From Candidatus Hodarchaeota archaeon (GTDB taxonomy: Archaea; Asgardarchaeota; Lokiarchaeia; Sigyniarchaeales; SOKP01), in NCBI GenBank assembly GCA_048887225.1, contig JBHLJY010000034.1, positions 1 to 19,080 of the forward strand: a stretch of 19,080 nt of DNA. The letters are read 5' to 3'. The position numbers and the translations under genes were made by a program. Position 1 is the stretch's first letter, and every line of letters begins with the position of its first letter. The notes under the pieces are model-generated. The model saw only the letters and a program-made list of their open reading frames with translations, was not told the DNA's origin and did not search any database. This document shows, in pieces, positions 1 to 7,896 of the stretch.

Positions 1-70
1 ATCGCAGCTTGTCACGCTCTTCATCGGTGCCCAAGCCAAGATATCCACCAAATAGCGGAGGCGTATTGGC
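1..70 (-). rRNA. rrl: 23S rRNA gene, 5' end only (continues beyond the left edge; mature 5' end approximate)
   Basis: Reverse complement of 1-60 reads CTCCGCTATTTGGTGGATATCTTGGCTTGGGCACCGATGAAGAGCGTGACAAGCTGCGAT, matching the conserved LSU 5' pattern GGTGGAT..CT.GGCT....CCGATGAAG..CGTG.CAAGCTGCGAT of archaeal 23S rRNA. Confidence 0.93.
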
Positions 71-446
71 GTCTACTCGAGGAAAGGTTCAGATTGCTCG
101 CTTGCAGATTTCAGGAGTGAGATATTTGAGCATAAAATCGTATTCGGCAAGTAATTAGATTAATTGCGATTGACAATTAAAATTAAATTGGGACTTTTAA
201 TTTACTATGGGGTATGTTCCTATGAGCGTTTTCCCACGCTTGGTGCGGTTGTCTCATTTCCCGTAATGTCACTCTCTTTGGCTTTCCCAAGCAGCGCATT
301 GGTACTTGTCTCAAGTTTCATACTTCCACAAGGCCGCTACCGGTTATTGGTGTACATCATCCGTTTGGATGAGGTATATTTCTCAACCAATAACTTGCGA
401 TGGCAAGAAGATAATTTTTGCGTAGCGATAATTAAACCATCGACCA
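71..446 (-). other. Putative structured 5' leader / external transcribed spacer of the 23S precursor
   Basis: Visibly GC-richer than the flanking intergenic DNA, with several hairpins: 343-351/386-394 enclosing 357-362/367-372; 281-284/289-292 (GGGA GNRA loop on the minus strand); 225-229/236-240; 304-308/312-316; 426-442 (G-U pairs form only on the minus strand). Confidence 0.6.
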
Positions 447-464
447 AATATTAAAGGAAATTTT

Positions 465-490
465 GAGTTAAAAATTTTATGGTTTAAAAT
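465..490 (-). promoter_or_regulatory. Candidate BRE/TATA promoter for the 23S precursor
   Basis: Minus strand CCATAAAATTTTTAACTC (plus a second TTTTAAAC just upstream), about 22-30 nt before the GC-richer leader begins near 445. AT-rich context makes this weak. Confidence 0.3.
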
Positions 491-628
491 TTATTAATGT
501 GTCAATTAATATGAAGAAAATCTTAAATAACAAAATATTTAATAAAGAAAGTCAAAAAAGAAATTAAAAATAATAATAAAAACTACTTGTAAAAGAATTA
601 GATTTAGTTGTTGAAGGAGATTTTTAGG

Positions 629-2002
629 ATGGAGGATGATTACGAAATAAAGCGAGATAAGACATTCAATAGGTTTTTAATTCTTCATTATGTGATGTAT
701 TTTAGTATAATGATTTTACCAGTAAATATTAATAATTTGTTATTGTACCTTCCTGGCACAACTGCTTTTGGTATTGGGATTATAGTTGCGACTCATTTAA
801 CTGTAGTAATGATTAGTATATTGTTTTTTGGATATTATGGGGAAAAAATATCTGAAAAATTTTCAAGAAAAAAGATTTTTGTTTTTACTAATTTTATTTG
901 GGTGTTATCGTATGGTTTAATTTCCTTATCAATCAATTACTATTATTTTCTAATTTTTGTAATTATTGGATCGTTTGGGATCGGGGCATTTTTACCGATT
1001 GGTTTTTCAATGATTGGTGATTTTTATCCACCAGGAGAGAGGGGACGCAAATTTGGTGCTATGAACGTTAGTTTGTTATTAGGTACTGGTGGAGGGATTA
1101 TTATTGGAGGATTATTAGGAAATTATACTTGGTCATTTGGATGGAGGATTGCTTATGGTATAGGTTGTATTTTAGGATTATTGGCATTATTGAGTTATGT
1201 TTTCTCAGGGATAAGTCCTGAAAGAGGCCGTGCTGAGCCAGAGTTTATGGATTTTAAAGGCGAAATTAATTACAATTACAAAATAACTTTTCATAGTCTC
1301 GGTCAATTATTTAAGAAAAAGACAGTTGCTGCGATATTAATTGCGATGATATTTAGTGGATTTGCTAACGTTACGCTAGGAACTTGGGCAATTTTTTATT
1401 TAACCTCCAAAATCGACGATGTAAATGCTGGATTATATGCTACAACTATTTTTATTTTAGCTGGAATAGGTGCTATACCTGGAACGATTATAGGGGGGAA
1501 ATTCGGAGACTCTTATTTTAATACGGGAAAATTAAGGGGTCGTGTCTCAATTTCGTTAATAGGACTTATATTAGGGATTTTATGTTTGTTAGGATTTTAT
1601 TTAATTCCTTTTTTTACAGCAAATTCCTTACAAATTGTTTTTTCTTGGATATTTTTTATAGCTTTAGGTTTTGTTGGATTTTTATTAACATCATTATGTG
1701 TTGGAAACATATTGGCTATATATTCGGAGGTTTGTGTTCCAGAATTGAGGAGTACAGCAAACGCATTAAATGGGTTTATGATAAATATTGGTGGAATAAT
1801 TGGCAATTTATTACTTTCTTTCTTGATTGATAAGGATATGGCACTTTTTCCATTTGCGATAATGTTGGTTTTATTATTTTGGTTATTTGGATCTGTTTTA
1901 TGGATAATTCCATATTTTATTTATCCAAAGGAATGTAATGAATTAAGAGACTTAATGGCTGAAAGAAGAAAAGAATTAGAGATGAATTCAGAGTTAAGTT
2001 AG
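629..2002 (+). CDS. Major facilitator superfamily (MFS) transporter
   Basis: About 12 hydrophobic segments in two bundles; motif-A-like loops FGYYGEKISEKFSRKK and GGKFGDSY; MIGDFYPPGERGRKFG and SEVCVPELRSTANA. ATG 629 follows AAGGAGA (the ORF track starts at TTG 608). Confidence 0.9.
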   Translation: MEDDYEIKRDKTFNRFLILHYVMYFSIMILPVNINNLLLYLPGTTAFGIGIIVATHLTVVMISILFFGYYGEKISEKFSRKKIFVFTNFIWVLSYGLISLSINYYYFLIFVIIGSFGIGAFLPIGFSMIGDFYPPGERGRKFGAMNVSLLLGTGGGIIIGGLLGNYTWSFGWRIAYGIGCILGLLALLSYVFSGISPERGRAEPEFMDFKGEINYNYKITFHSLGQLFKKKTVAAILIAMIFSGFANVTLGTWAIFYLTSKIDDVNAGLYATTIFILAGIGAIPGTIIGGKFGDSYFNTGKLRGRVSISLIGLILGILCLLGFYLIPFFTANSLQIVFSWIFFIALGFVGFLLTSLCVGNILAIYSEVCVPELRSTANALNGFMINIGGIIGNLLLSFLIDKDMALFPFAIMLVLLFWLFGSVLWIIPYFIYPKECNELRDLMAERRKELEMNSELS

Positions 2003-2085
2003 GAAAGAAAGATATATATTTATTCTGTAAAAAATTATTATTTTGGAGAGATCAATAGTTTTAACTGAAGTATTTCGTAGAATTA

Positions 2086-2958
2086 ATGACCGATAAAGTC
2101 TTAATTGGAACATCGGGATGGGGGTATGACGAATGGATTGGCCCATTTTACCCTAAAGGTTTAACAAGCAAGGATTTTCTATTATATTACTCTAAGGTAT
2201 TTTATACGAATGAAATTAATACTACTTTTTATAATATACCTTCAGAGTGGGTAGTTAGGAGTTGGGTAAAACGTACGCCTTCAGATTTTTTATTTACTGC
2301 TAAAATTCCTAAAATCATTACTCATGATAATAAATTAGATTTAATTAATTGTTCAGAAGATTTAGAATATTTTCTAACAGTTATGGAACCTTTAATACAA
2401 TCAAAAAAACTCCTTGCATTTTTGGTCCAACTTCCTCCATCATTTAAAAAAAAGGAGCATTTTGATAATTTAAAAAATTTTATAGATAATTGGCCTCAGG
2501 ATTGGAAAGAGAAGGGGTATTATTTAGTTATTGAATTTAGAGATAAATCTTGGATGGATAATGAGATATTTGATTACTTAAGAAAAGAAGAACTTAGCTT
2601 TTGTGCCGTAATTGAACCTTTATTACCACCAAGGATGGATGTTACCAATCATGAATTTGCATATATTAGGTTTCATGGATTTGGAAAAAAAATTTGGTTT
2701 GATTATTTATTTAGCGACGAGGAAATAAAAAAATGGGCATTACCAATTCGAGAAGTTATTCAAAAATCAAAAAAAGTTGGAATCTATTTTAATAATCATT
2801 TTAGTGGATATGCTGCTAAGAATTCATTAATGATGATGAAAGAATTAAATATAAAGCCTAGAAATGAACCAGAAACAATAGAAATTTTAGAGATCAAAAA
2901 GAAATCTGGTACGATCTCAAAGGGGCAAACCAATTTAGATAAGTTTTTTAAATCATAA
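2086..2958 (+). CDS. DUF72 family TIM-barrel protein with C-terminal PIP box
   Basis: IGTSGWGYDEWIGPFYP, EINTTFY, FTAKIPKIITH, LVQLPPSF, IEFRDKSW, YIRFHG and YFNNH are DUF72 signatures; the tail is QTNLDKFF. Confidence 0.93.
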   Translation: MTDKVLIGTSGWGYDEWIGPFYPKGLTSKDFLLYYSKVFYTNEINTTFYNIPSEWVVRSWVKRTPSDFLFTAKIPKIITHDNKLDLINCSEDLEYFLTVMEPLIQSKKLLAFLVQLPPSFKKKEHFDNLKNFIDNWPQDWKEKGYYLVIEFRDKSWMDNEIFDYLRKEELSFCAVIEPLLPPRMDVTNHEFAYIRFHGFGKKIWFDYLFSDEEIKKWALPIREVIQKSKKVGIYFNNHFSGYAAKNSLMMMKELNIKPRNEPETIEILEIKKKSGTISKGQTNLDKFFKS

Positions 2959-3014
2959 AATTAAAGATGATTTTTTTTGGCAGATTTTATATAAGTAAGT
3001 GGGAATAACGATAA

Positions 3015-4010
3015 ATGAAAAAAAGTATCATAAGAATCGGATTTATAGGAGCAGGCTCGATCGGTAGTCTTTTTGGGGGATATTTAGCATCAATTAAATC
3101 AGATATTTATTCTACCGAAGTCATATTGTTTTGTAGAAAAAATCATGCTGACGCCATTAATAAGAACGGGCTTGTAATGTATAATGGTGAAGCAATTTTG
3201 GAAATAAAAAATATAAAAGCTTTCGAAAATCTAGATGAATTTAAAGAATTTTTCTTGAACGAGTCAAATTATAAATTCGATTTTATTTTTCTTTCAACTA
3301 AAACTTACGATATTGAAACTGCGTTATCTCAATATAATAAATTAGTAGATAAATGTAAAAAACTAGTTATTTTACAAAATGGGATTGGAAATGAAGAAAT
3401 AGTAACTAAATATTGCCATAAAAATAAAATAATAAGGATTGTAACAAGTAATGGAGCATTATTAGAAAAACCTGGTCATGTAATCCATACTGGTAAAGGA
3501 TTTACAAAGATTGGTTTTCCATTTTATAATGCCCTAGATGTCCAAGATGATGAAATAGCTAAATTAGAATTGAGATTATTATGTGATTTGTTAAATTACG
3601 CAGGATTAGAAGCGATAATGGTTGATGATATTATTAAAGAATGTTGGGAAAAAATATTTGTTAATATCGGTATCAATGCATTTGGAGCATTAACTCGATT
3701 AAGAAACGGTAAATTGTTAGAAAATGAAGGATTGAAATATTTAATGGGAGAAGCAGTTAAAGAAGCAGTTGAAGTTGCCAAAATTAAAAACATCAACCTT
3801 CCAAAAAAAGATTTTATAGCATTAACTTATGATGTGGCTGAAAAAACTTCAGAAAATAAAAATTCCATGCTACAAGATGTTTTGAGGGGAAAAAAAACCG
3901 AAGTTGATTTTATAAACGGGAGGATATTAAAATATGCTAAGGAATTGGATATCGATACGCCAATAAATAAATTACTAACTTATTTGGTAAAAGGATTAGA
4001 GCAATCTTAA
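3015..4010 (+). CDS. panE: 2-dehydropantoate 2-reductase (ketopantoate reductase)
   Basis: Rossmann GAGSIG; STKTYD; LQNGIGNEE; WEKIFVNIGINAFGAL; NKNSMLQDVLRGKKTEVDFING. Confidence 0.93.
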   Translation: MKKSIIRIGFIGAGSIGSLFGGYLASIKSDIYSTEVILFCRKNHADAINKNGLVMYNGEAILEIKNIKAFENLDEFKEFFLNESNYKFDFIFLSTKTYDIETALSQYNKLVDKCKKLVILQNGIGNEEIVTKYCHKNKIIRIVTSNGALLEKPGHVIHTGKGFTKIGFPFYNALDVQDDEIAKLELRLLCDLLNYAGLEAIMVDDIIKECWEKIFVNIGINAFGALTRLRNGKLLENEGLKYLMGEAVKEAVEVAKIKNINLPKKDFIALTYDVAEKTSENKNSMLQDVLRGKKTEVDFINGRILKYAKELDIDTPINKLLTYLVKGLEQS

Positions 4011-4011
4011 A

Positions 4012-4551
4012 TCAGTCCTTATCTACTTTATAGACCATATAATAAGCGTTTTCTCCATCTTTATAGTACTTTTTCTTAACACCTTCTATTTTAAAATCGA
4101 AGTTTTGATATAAATTAATAGCTCTATGGTTAGATACTCTTACCTCTAAAACACATTCGTTTATATTTTGTATTAAAATTTCTGGCATACTTTTGGACAA
4201 TAAAGCTGATGCGATCCCCATTCGCCTATAATTTTCAGAGACAGCTATTGATACTAGATGTCCCTTATTAATTAACCTTAGACTATCTTTAGAAGGAATT
4301 CTTTCGACTCTCCACATGACGTAACCCACAATATAATTAGGGTCATGTTTCATACTGGCAATTAAAAAAGCTTCAGGGAAATTATCGAGGACACTTTTAT
4401 AAAAGAAAAAAGGGTAATCTTCAGGAAGTTCTTTTTCGTTAATTTTTTTTACATTTTCTAAATCTTTAAGAGTACATCTTCGAATTAAATAAGGCTTGTT
4501 CTCATCAGTTTTATCGTAAAAAGTAGGTTGAGTATCTTTATTTGTGGTCAT
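4012..4551 (-). CDS. ard1: Ard1/Naa10 (RimI-like) GNAT N-terminal acetyltransferase
   Basis: NEKELPEDYPFFFY, GHLVSIAV..YRRMGIASALL (acetyl-CoA motif), LEVRVSN..AINLY, KYYKDGENAYYM. ATG 4551 preferred to TTG 4566. Confidence 0.9.
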   Translation of the reverse strand: MTTNKDTQPTFYDKTDENKPYLIRRCTLKDLENVKKINEKELPEDYPFFFYKSVLDNFPEAFLIASMKHDPNYIVGYVMWRVERIPSKDSLRLINKGHLVSIAVSENYRRMGIASALLSKSMPEILIQNINECVLEVRVSNHRAINLYQNFDFKIEGVKKKYYKDGENAYYMVYKVDKD

Positions 4552-4644
4552 TACTTTTTTTCTCAAATTATTAAAATTATACCTTAATTAGGTAAGATAT
4601 AAATTACAATCATTTAATATTTTTGAATTAATCTTTAATGTTTA

Positions 4645-5439
4645 TTATTCCAATATTTTTGAGGCGCTTTCTTTTTGAGCTTCAATATATTCTTTTATTA
4701 TGTCTAATGTGTCAATAATATTCTTCTTATTATTAAAATTATCGACAATGTTAATTAATTGTTCTTTTTTCAAATTTTTTAAATCTTTCGCAAAATTTAT
4801 CATTTCAGGTAAAACTCTAATGATATTATCTACAATTGTAATGTCTGCCCAAATGGCAGTTCTGCTAATTGGATTTAAATCAACAGCAATAACTTTTTTA
4901 CCTAATTTTTTTAATGCTTCAGTTCTATCACCGTCTTCTAAAGGAACAAATATAGTATCAGCAATTTTAATACCATTTGGGTCTACCAATCTTCTATTAC
5001 TTGAAAGTTCCTCGATTTCAACCATTTTAGATTCGTCTAATCCAAGAATTTCTTTTGCACCTGCTTTTTCTAATAAATTCTTAATTGCTTCAACTCTACC
5101 TTCCTTTCTGTAAAAAAGATTTATTTCAAGAGGAATATTCAATATTTTAGATAATTTAACTAATTCTTTAGGTACTAAAGCTGCTATATTTCCATTTACA
5201 CTTATAACTGGTTTATTAGAAATTAATAATTGAGCAACCGCAGCTCTTATTGCTTTTATTGCTATTTTATTGGTTTTTTCACCTAAAATATAATCAAAGC
5301 ATTCTCCCCTTCCGTGAGCAATTAAACCCGCTTCTGTAACTACTAATTTTTTCAAAGCTTCAATAATTTTATGCCGATATTTTAAGCTTTTATATCTCGG
5401 ATGATCTTTTGGAACGTTTTGATTTTCCTTCTCTTTCAT
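4645..5439 (-). CDS. Phosphopantothenate synthetase (4-phosphopantoate--beta-alanine ligase, archaeal CoA pathway)
   Basis: VPKDHPRYKSL, GLIAHGRGECFDYILGE, PVISVNGN, VPLEDGDRTEAL, VDLNPISRT, TIVDNIIR are hallmarks of the archaeal PPS family. Confidence 0.95.
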   Translation of the reverse strand: MKEKENQNVPKDHPRYKSLKYRHKIIEALKKLVVTEAGLIAHGRGECFDYILGEKTNKIAIKAIRAAVAQLLISNKPVISVNGNIAALVPKELVKLSKILNIPLEINLFYRKEGRVEAIKNLLEKAGAKEILGLDESKMVEIEELSSNRRLVDPNGIKIADTIFVPLEDGDRTEALKKLGKKVIAVDLNPISRTAIWADITIVDNIIRVLPEMINFAKDLKNLKKEQLINIVDNFNNKKNIIDTLDIIKEYIEAQKESASKILE

Positions 5440-5540
5440 AAATTTAAAAATCTGGAATTGAAACTATATATTAAAGTTAAAAATTTCGAAAAAGAAAAAA
5501 AATTTATCTTTTGTATGTTTACTAATTTTTGTAGATAATT

Positions 5541-6815
5541 ATGGGTACTGAAGTAAAAGGGAAAAGCACTGATTTAGATATTTATAAGACAAAGAAATTA
5601 TTGGAGCTTCTAAAGAGTAAAAAAGGTTTTCATACAGAATTAATATCGTTATATATTCCGCACGACCGCAAACTTTCTGACATAACAAATTATCTTAAAA
5701 ACGAGATAAGCGAAAGTCAGAACATTAAGTCTAAATTAACCAGAAAAAATGTATTAGATAGTATTTCAACTCTTATGGGTCAATTAAAAAATATTAAAGA
5801 AGTTCCTGATAATGGATTAGTTATGTTTTCTGGAGCAATTCCACAAAATAATACTCCAGGAACAGAAAAAAACGAATTATTTATAGTTAATCCACCAGAT
5901 AAAATTAAAACGTTCAGATATCACTGTGCTAGCGAATTTCTATTGTCACCGCTGGAAGAAATGCTGATACCTAAAGAAACTTATGGATTATTAGTTATAG
6001 GAAGAAAAAAATCAGCTGTAGGTTATCTTAGAGGGAACCATGTGGAGATTGTAAGAGATTTTACATCGGGTATTCATGGTAAACATAGAGCTGGGGGGCA
6101 ATCACAGAGAAGATATGAAAGGTTAATTGAGGAAGGAGAAAAAAGATTTTATCGCCGAATATCAGACGAGATCAATAAATTATTTTTAAACATAGAAGAC
6201 CTAAATGGTATATTTATAGGTGGACCTGGCCCATCAAAAGAGAAATTTGTAAATGATGAAAGTTTAGATTATAGATTACGAGATAAAATATTAGAGGTTG
6301 TTGATCTTGGTTATAGTGGGAGCGAGGGAATTCGAGCGTTAATAGAAAAGGTTAAAGAAAAAATTGAAGACGTGAAATATATTCGGGAAAAGTTAGTAAT
6401 GCAACGATTTATGAACGAGATATCAAATGATACAGGTTTGGCGACTTATGGTCTTGAAGAAGTGCAAAAGGCATTAAGTTACAGTGCTGTTGATACTTTA
6501 ATACTTTCTGAAAAATTAGATTCATATAGAGCAAAATTAAAATGTTCAAACTGTGGATATATGGAATTTAGAACAGTAAGGGAACACGAATTAGCCAATT
6601 TGGAATCTATTATCCAAGAAAAGAGTTGTCCTGAATGCAACTCAAATACTTTTAATATTGTTGACAAAAACTCAATCATTGAAGAACTTGGGGAAATTGC
6701 TCAAACCAGTGGAACATATATAGAGATTCTTTCTTCTGAAACTGAAGAAGGGGAGATGTTATATAATACATTTGGAGGGATTGTGGCAATTTTGCGTTAT
6801 AAGCTTAGTTATTAA
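5541..6815 (+). CDS. prf1: Peptide chain release factor aRF1
   Basis: TELISLYIP, NIKS (ESQNIKS), YxCxxxF (YHCASEF), GGQ (HRAGGQSQRR), Zn-ribbon mini-domain CSNC...CPEC, C-terminal TEEGEML..FGGIVAILRY. Confidence 0.97.
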   Translation: MGTEVKGKSTDLDIYKTKKLLELLKSKKGFHTELISLYIPHDRKLSDITNYLKNEISESQNIKSKLTRKNVLDSISTLMGQLKNIKEVPDNGLVMFSGAIPQNNTPGTEKNELFIVNPPDKIKTFRYHCASEFLLSPLEEMLIPKETYGLLVIGRKKSAVGYLRGNHVEIVRDFTSGIHGKHRAGGQSQRRYERLIEEGEKRFYRRISDEINKLFLNIEDLNGIFIGGPGPSKEKFVNDESLDYRLRDKILEVVDLGYSGSEGIRALIEKVKEKIEDVKYIREKLVMQRFMNEISNDTGLATYGLEEVQKALSYSAVDTLILSEKLDSYRAKLKCSNCGYMEFRTVREHELANLESIIQEKSCPECNSNTFNIVDKNSIIEELGEIAQTSGTYIEILSSETEEGEMLYNTFGGIVAILRYKLSY

Positions 6816-6909
6816 ATAATAAAATGATTGAATAACAATTATAAATTATTTTATACCAATTAGTTTTTAAACATAATATTAAATACAATGTAAAGGCAGT
6901 AAAATAAAG

Positions 6910-7896
6910 ATGGAATTAAAAGATCTTTTATTAAATTTAAAGATGATCATGTTTGGAGGCAAAGGGGGCGTTGGGAAAACAACATGCGCATCAAGTTCTG
7001 CAATTTGGGCAGCTGAAAGTGGTAGAAATACTTTGGTTATTAGTACTGATCCTGCTCATTCTTTAGGAGATAGTTTAGGAGTAGAATTACAACCAGGGAT
7101 CCCAACGCCAATTGAAGGTATTAGTAATTTAACAGCAATGGAGATTAATCCTAAAGCTAATATGGCAGAATTTCAAGGAATAACAAATGTTAATCCAATG
7201 GAAGAAATTGGTTTATCTGGAATAGCTGATATGCCATTAATGGAGGATATGCGGGAATTATCTTCATTAACTCCCCCGGGAATTGATGAAGCTTTAGCCT
7301 TTGCTAAAGTTCTAGAATTTATCGAAACCGAACACGATTATAATTTAATTGTTTTTGATACTGCTCCTACAGGTCATACACTTAGATTTTTGAGTCTTCC
7401 CGAAACTTTATCAGGGTGGATTGGCAAATTATTAAGATTAAGAATTAAAGTAGGAAAATTGTTCGGATCCTTAAAAAGAATGTTTACAGGGGGAGATAAA
7501 AAGAAAGATAACACATTAGAACTTTTAGAAAGATTAAATAGTTCTATTTTAAATGCGAGAGATGATTTAATGAATCCAAAAGTAAATTCGTTTGTTATTG
7601 TAATGATACCAGAAGAGATGGCAATTGCGGAAACTGGTCGACTATTGAATGAATTAGTAAAGTATAATATCCCCGTTTCTAATATTATAGTTAATCAGTT
7701 ATATCAGGATACGAATAAATTATGTGATTTCTGTAAAGCTCGTAGCGAGATGCAACATGGAAATCTTTATAAGATAAGAGATGTTTTTAGAGATAAATTG
7801 GGGAAAAATTTGATTGAAATTCCTCTATTCAAAGAGGAAATAAGAGAATACTCTAAATTAAAAGAGTTCGGAAAATATTTAATTAATATAAATTAA
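6910..7896 (+). CDS. ArsA/Get3(TRC40)-family ATPase, single-domain Get3-like
   Basis: Deviant Walker A GGKGGVGKTT, STDPAHSL, PGIDE, DTAPTGHTLRFL, C-terminal CDFC dimerisation motif. Confidence 0.93.
   Translation: MELKDLLLNLKMIMFGGKGGVGKTTCASSSAIWAAESGRNTLVISTDPAHSLGDSLGVELQPGIPTPIEGISNLTAMEINPKANMAEFQGITNVNPMEEIGLSGIADMPLMEDMRELSSLTPPGIDEALAFAKVLEFIETEHDYNLIVFDTAPTGHTLRFLSLPETLSGWIGKLLRLRIKVGKLFGSLKRMFTGGDKKKDNTLELLERLNSSILNARDDLMNPKVNSFVIVMIPEEMAIAETGRLLNELVKYNIPVSNIIVNQLYQDTNKLCDFCKARSEMQHGNLYKIRDVFRDKLGKNLIEIPLFKEEIREYSKLKEFGKYLININ

Noticed and set aside
78-446. RNase P, SRP or 5S RNA (GAGGAAAG at ~79-86; ATGAAAC on the minus strand)
   Set aside because: The motifs are on opposite strands, and the P4 partner, the SRP helix-8 CAGG/AGCA motif and the 5S signatures are missing.
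164-454. 96-aa + strand ORF
   Set aside because: TTG start, no recognisable motifs, and antisense to the structured rRNA leader; likely spurious.
1582-1830. ORFs 1582-1830 (+) and 1597-1806 (-)
   Set aside because: Off-frame or antisense shadows inside the MFS gene.
5619-5735. aRF1 variants (HTE for GTx, ESQNIKS) as a sign of stop-codon reassignment
   Set aside because: TAA, TAG (2002, 14647) and TGA (4012, 13801) all terminate conserved genes at plausible positions; NIKS and YxCxxxF are intact.
3596-6679. Antisense ORFs 3596-3796, 4700-5113 and 6479-6679
   Set aside because: Each lies wholly within a conserved gene on the opposite strand and has the Ser/Phe/Leu-rich composition typical of shadow frames.
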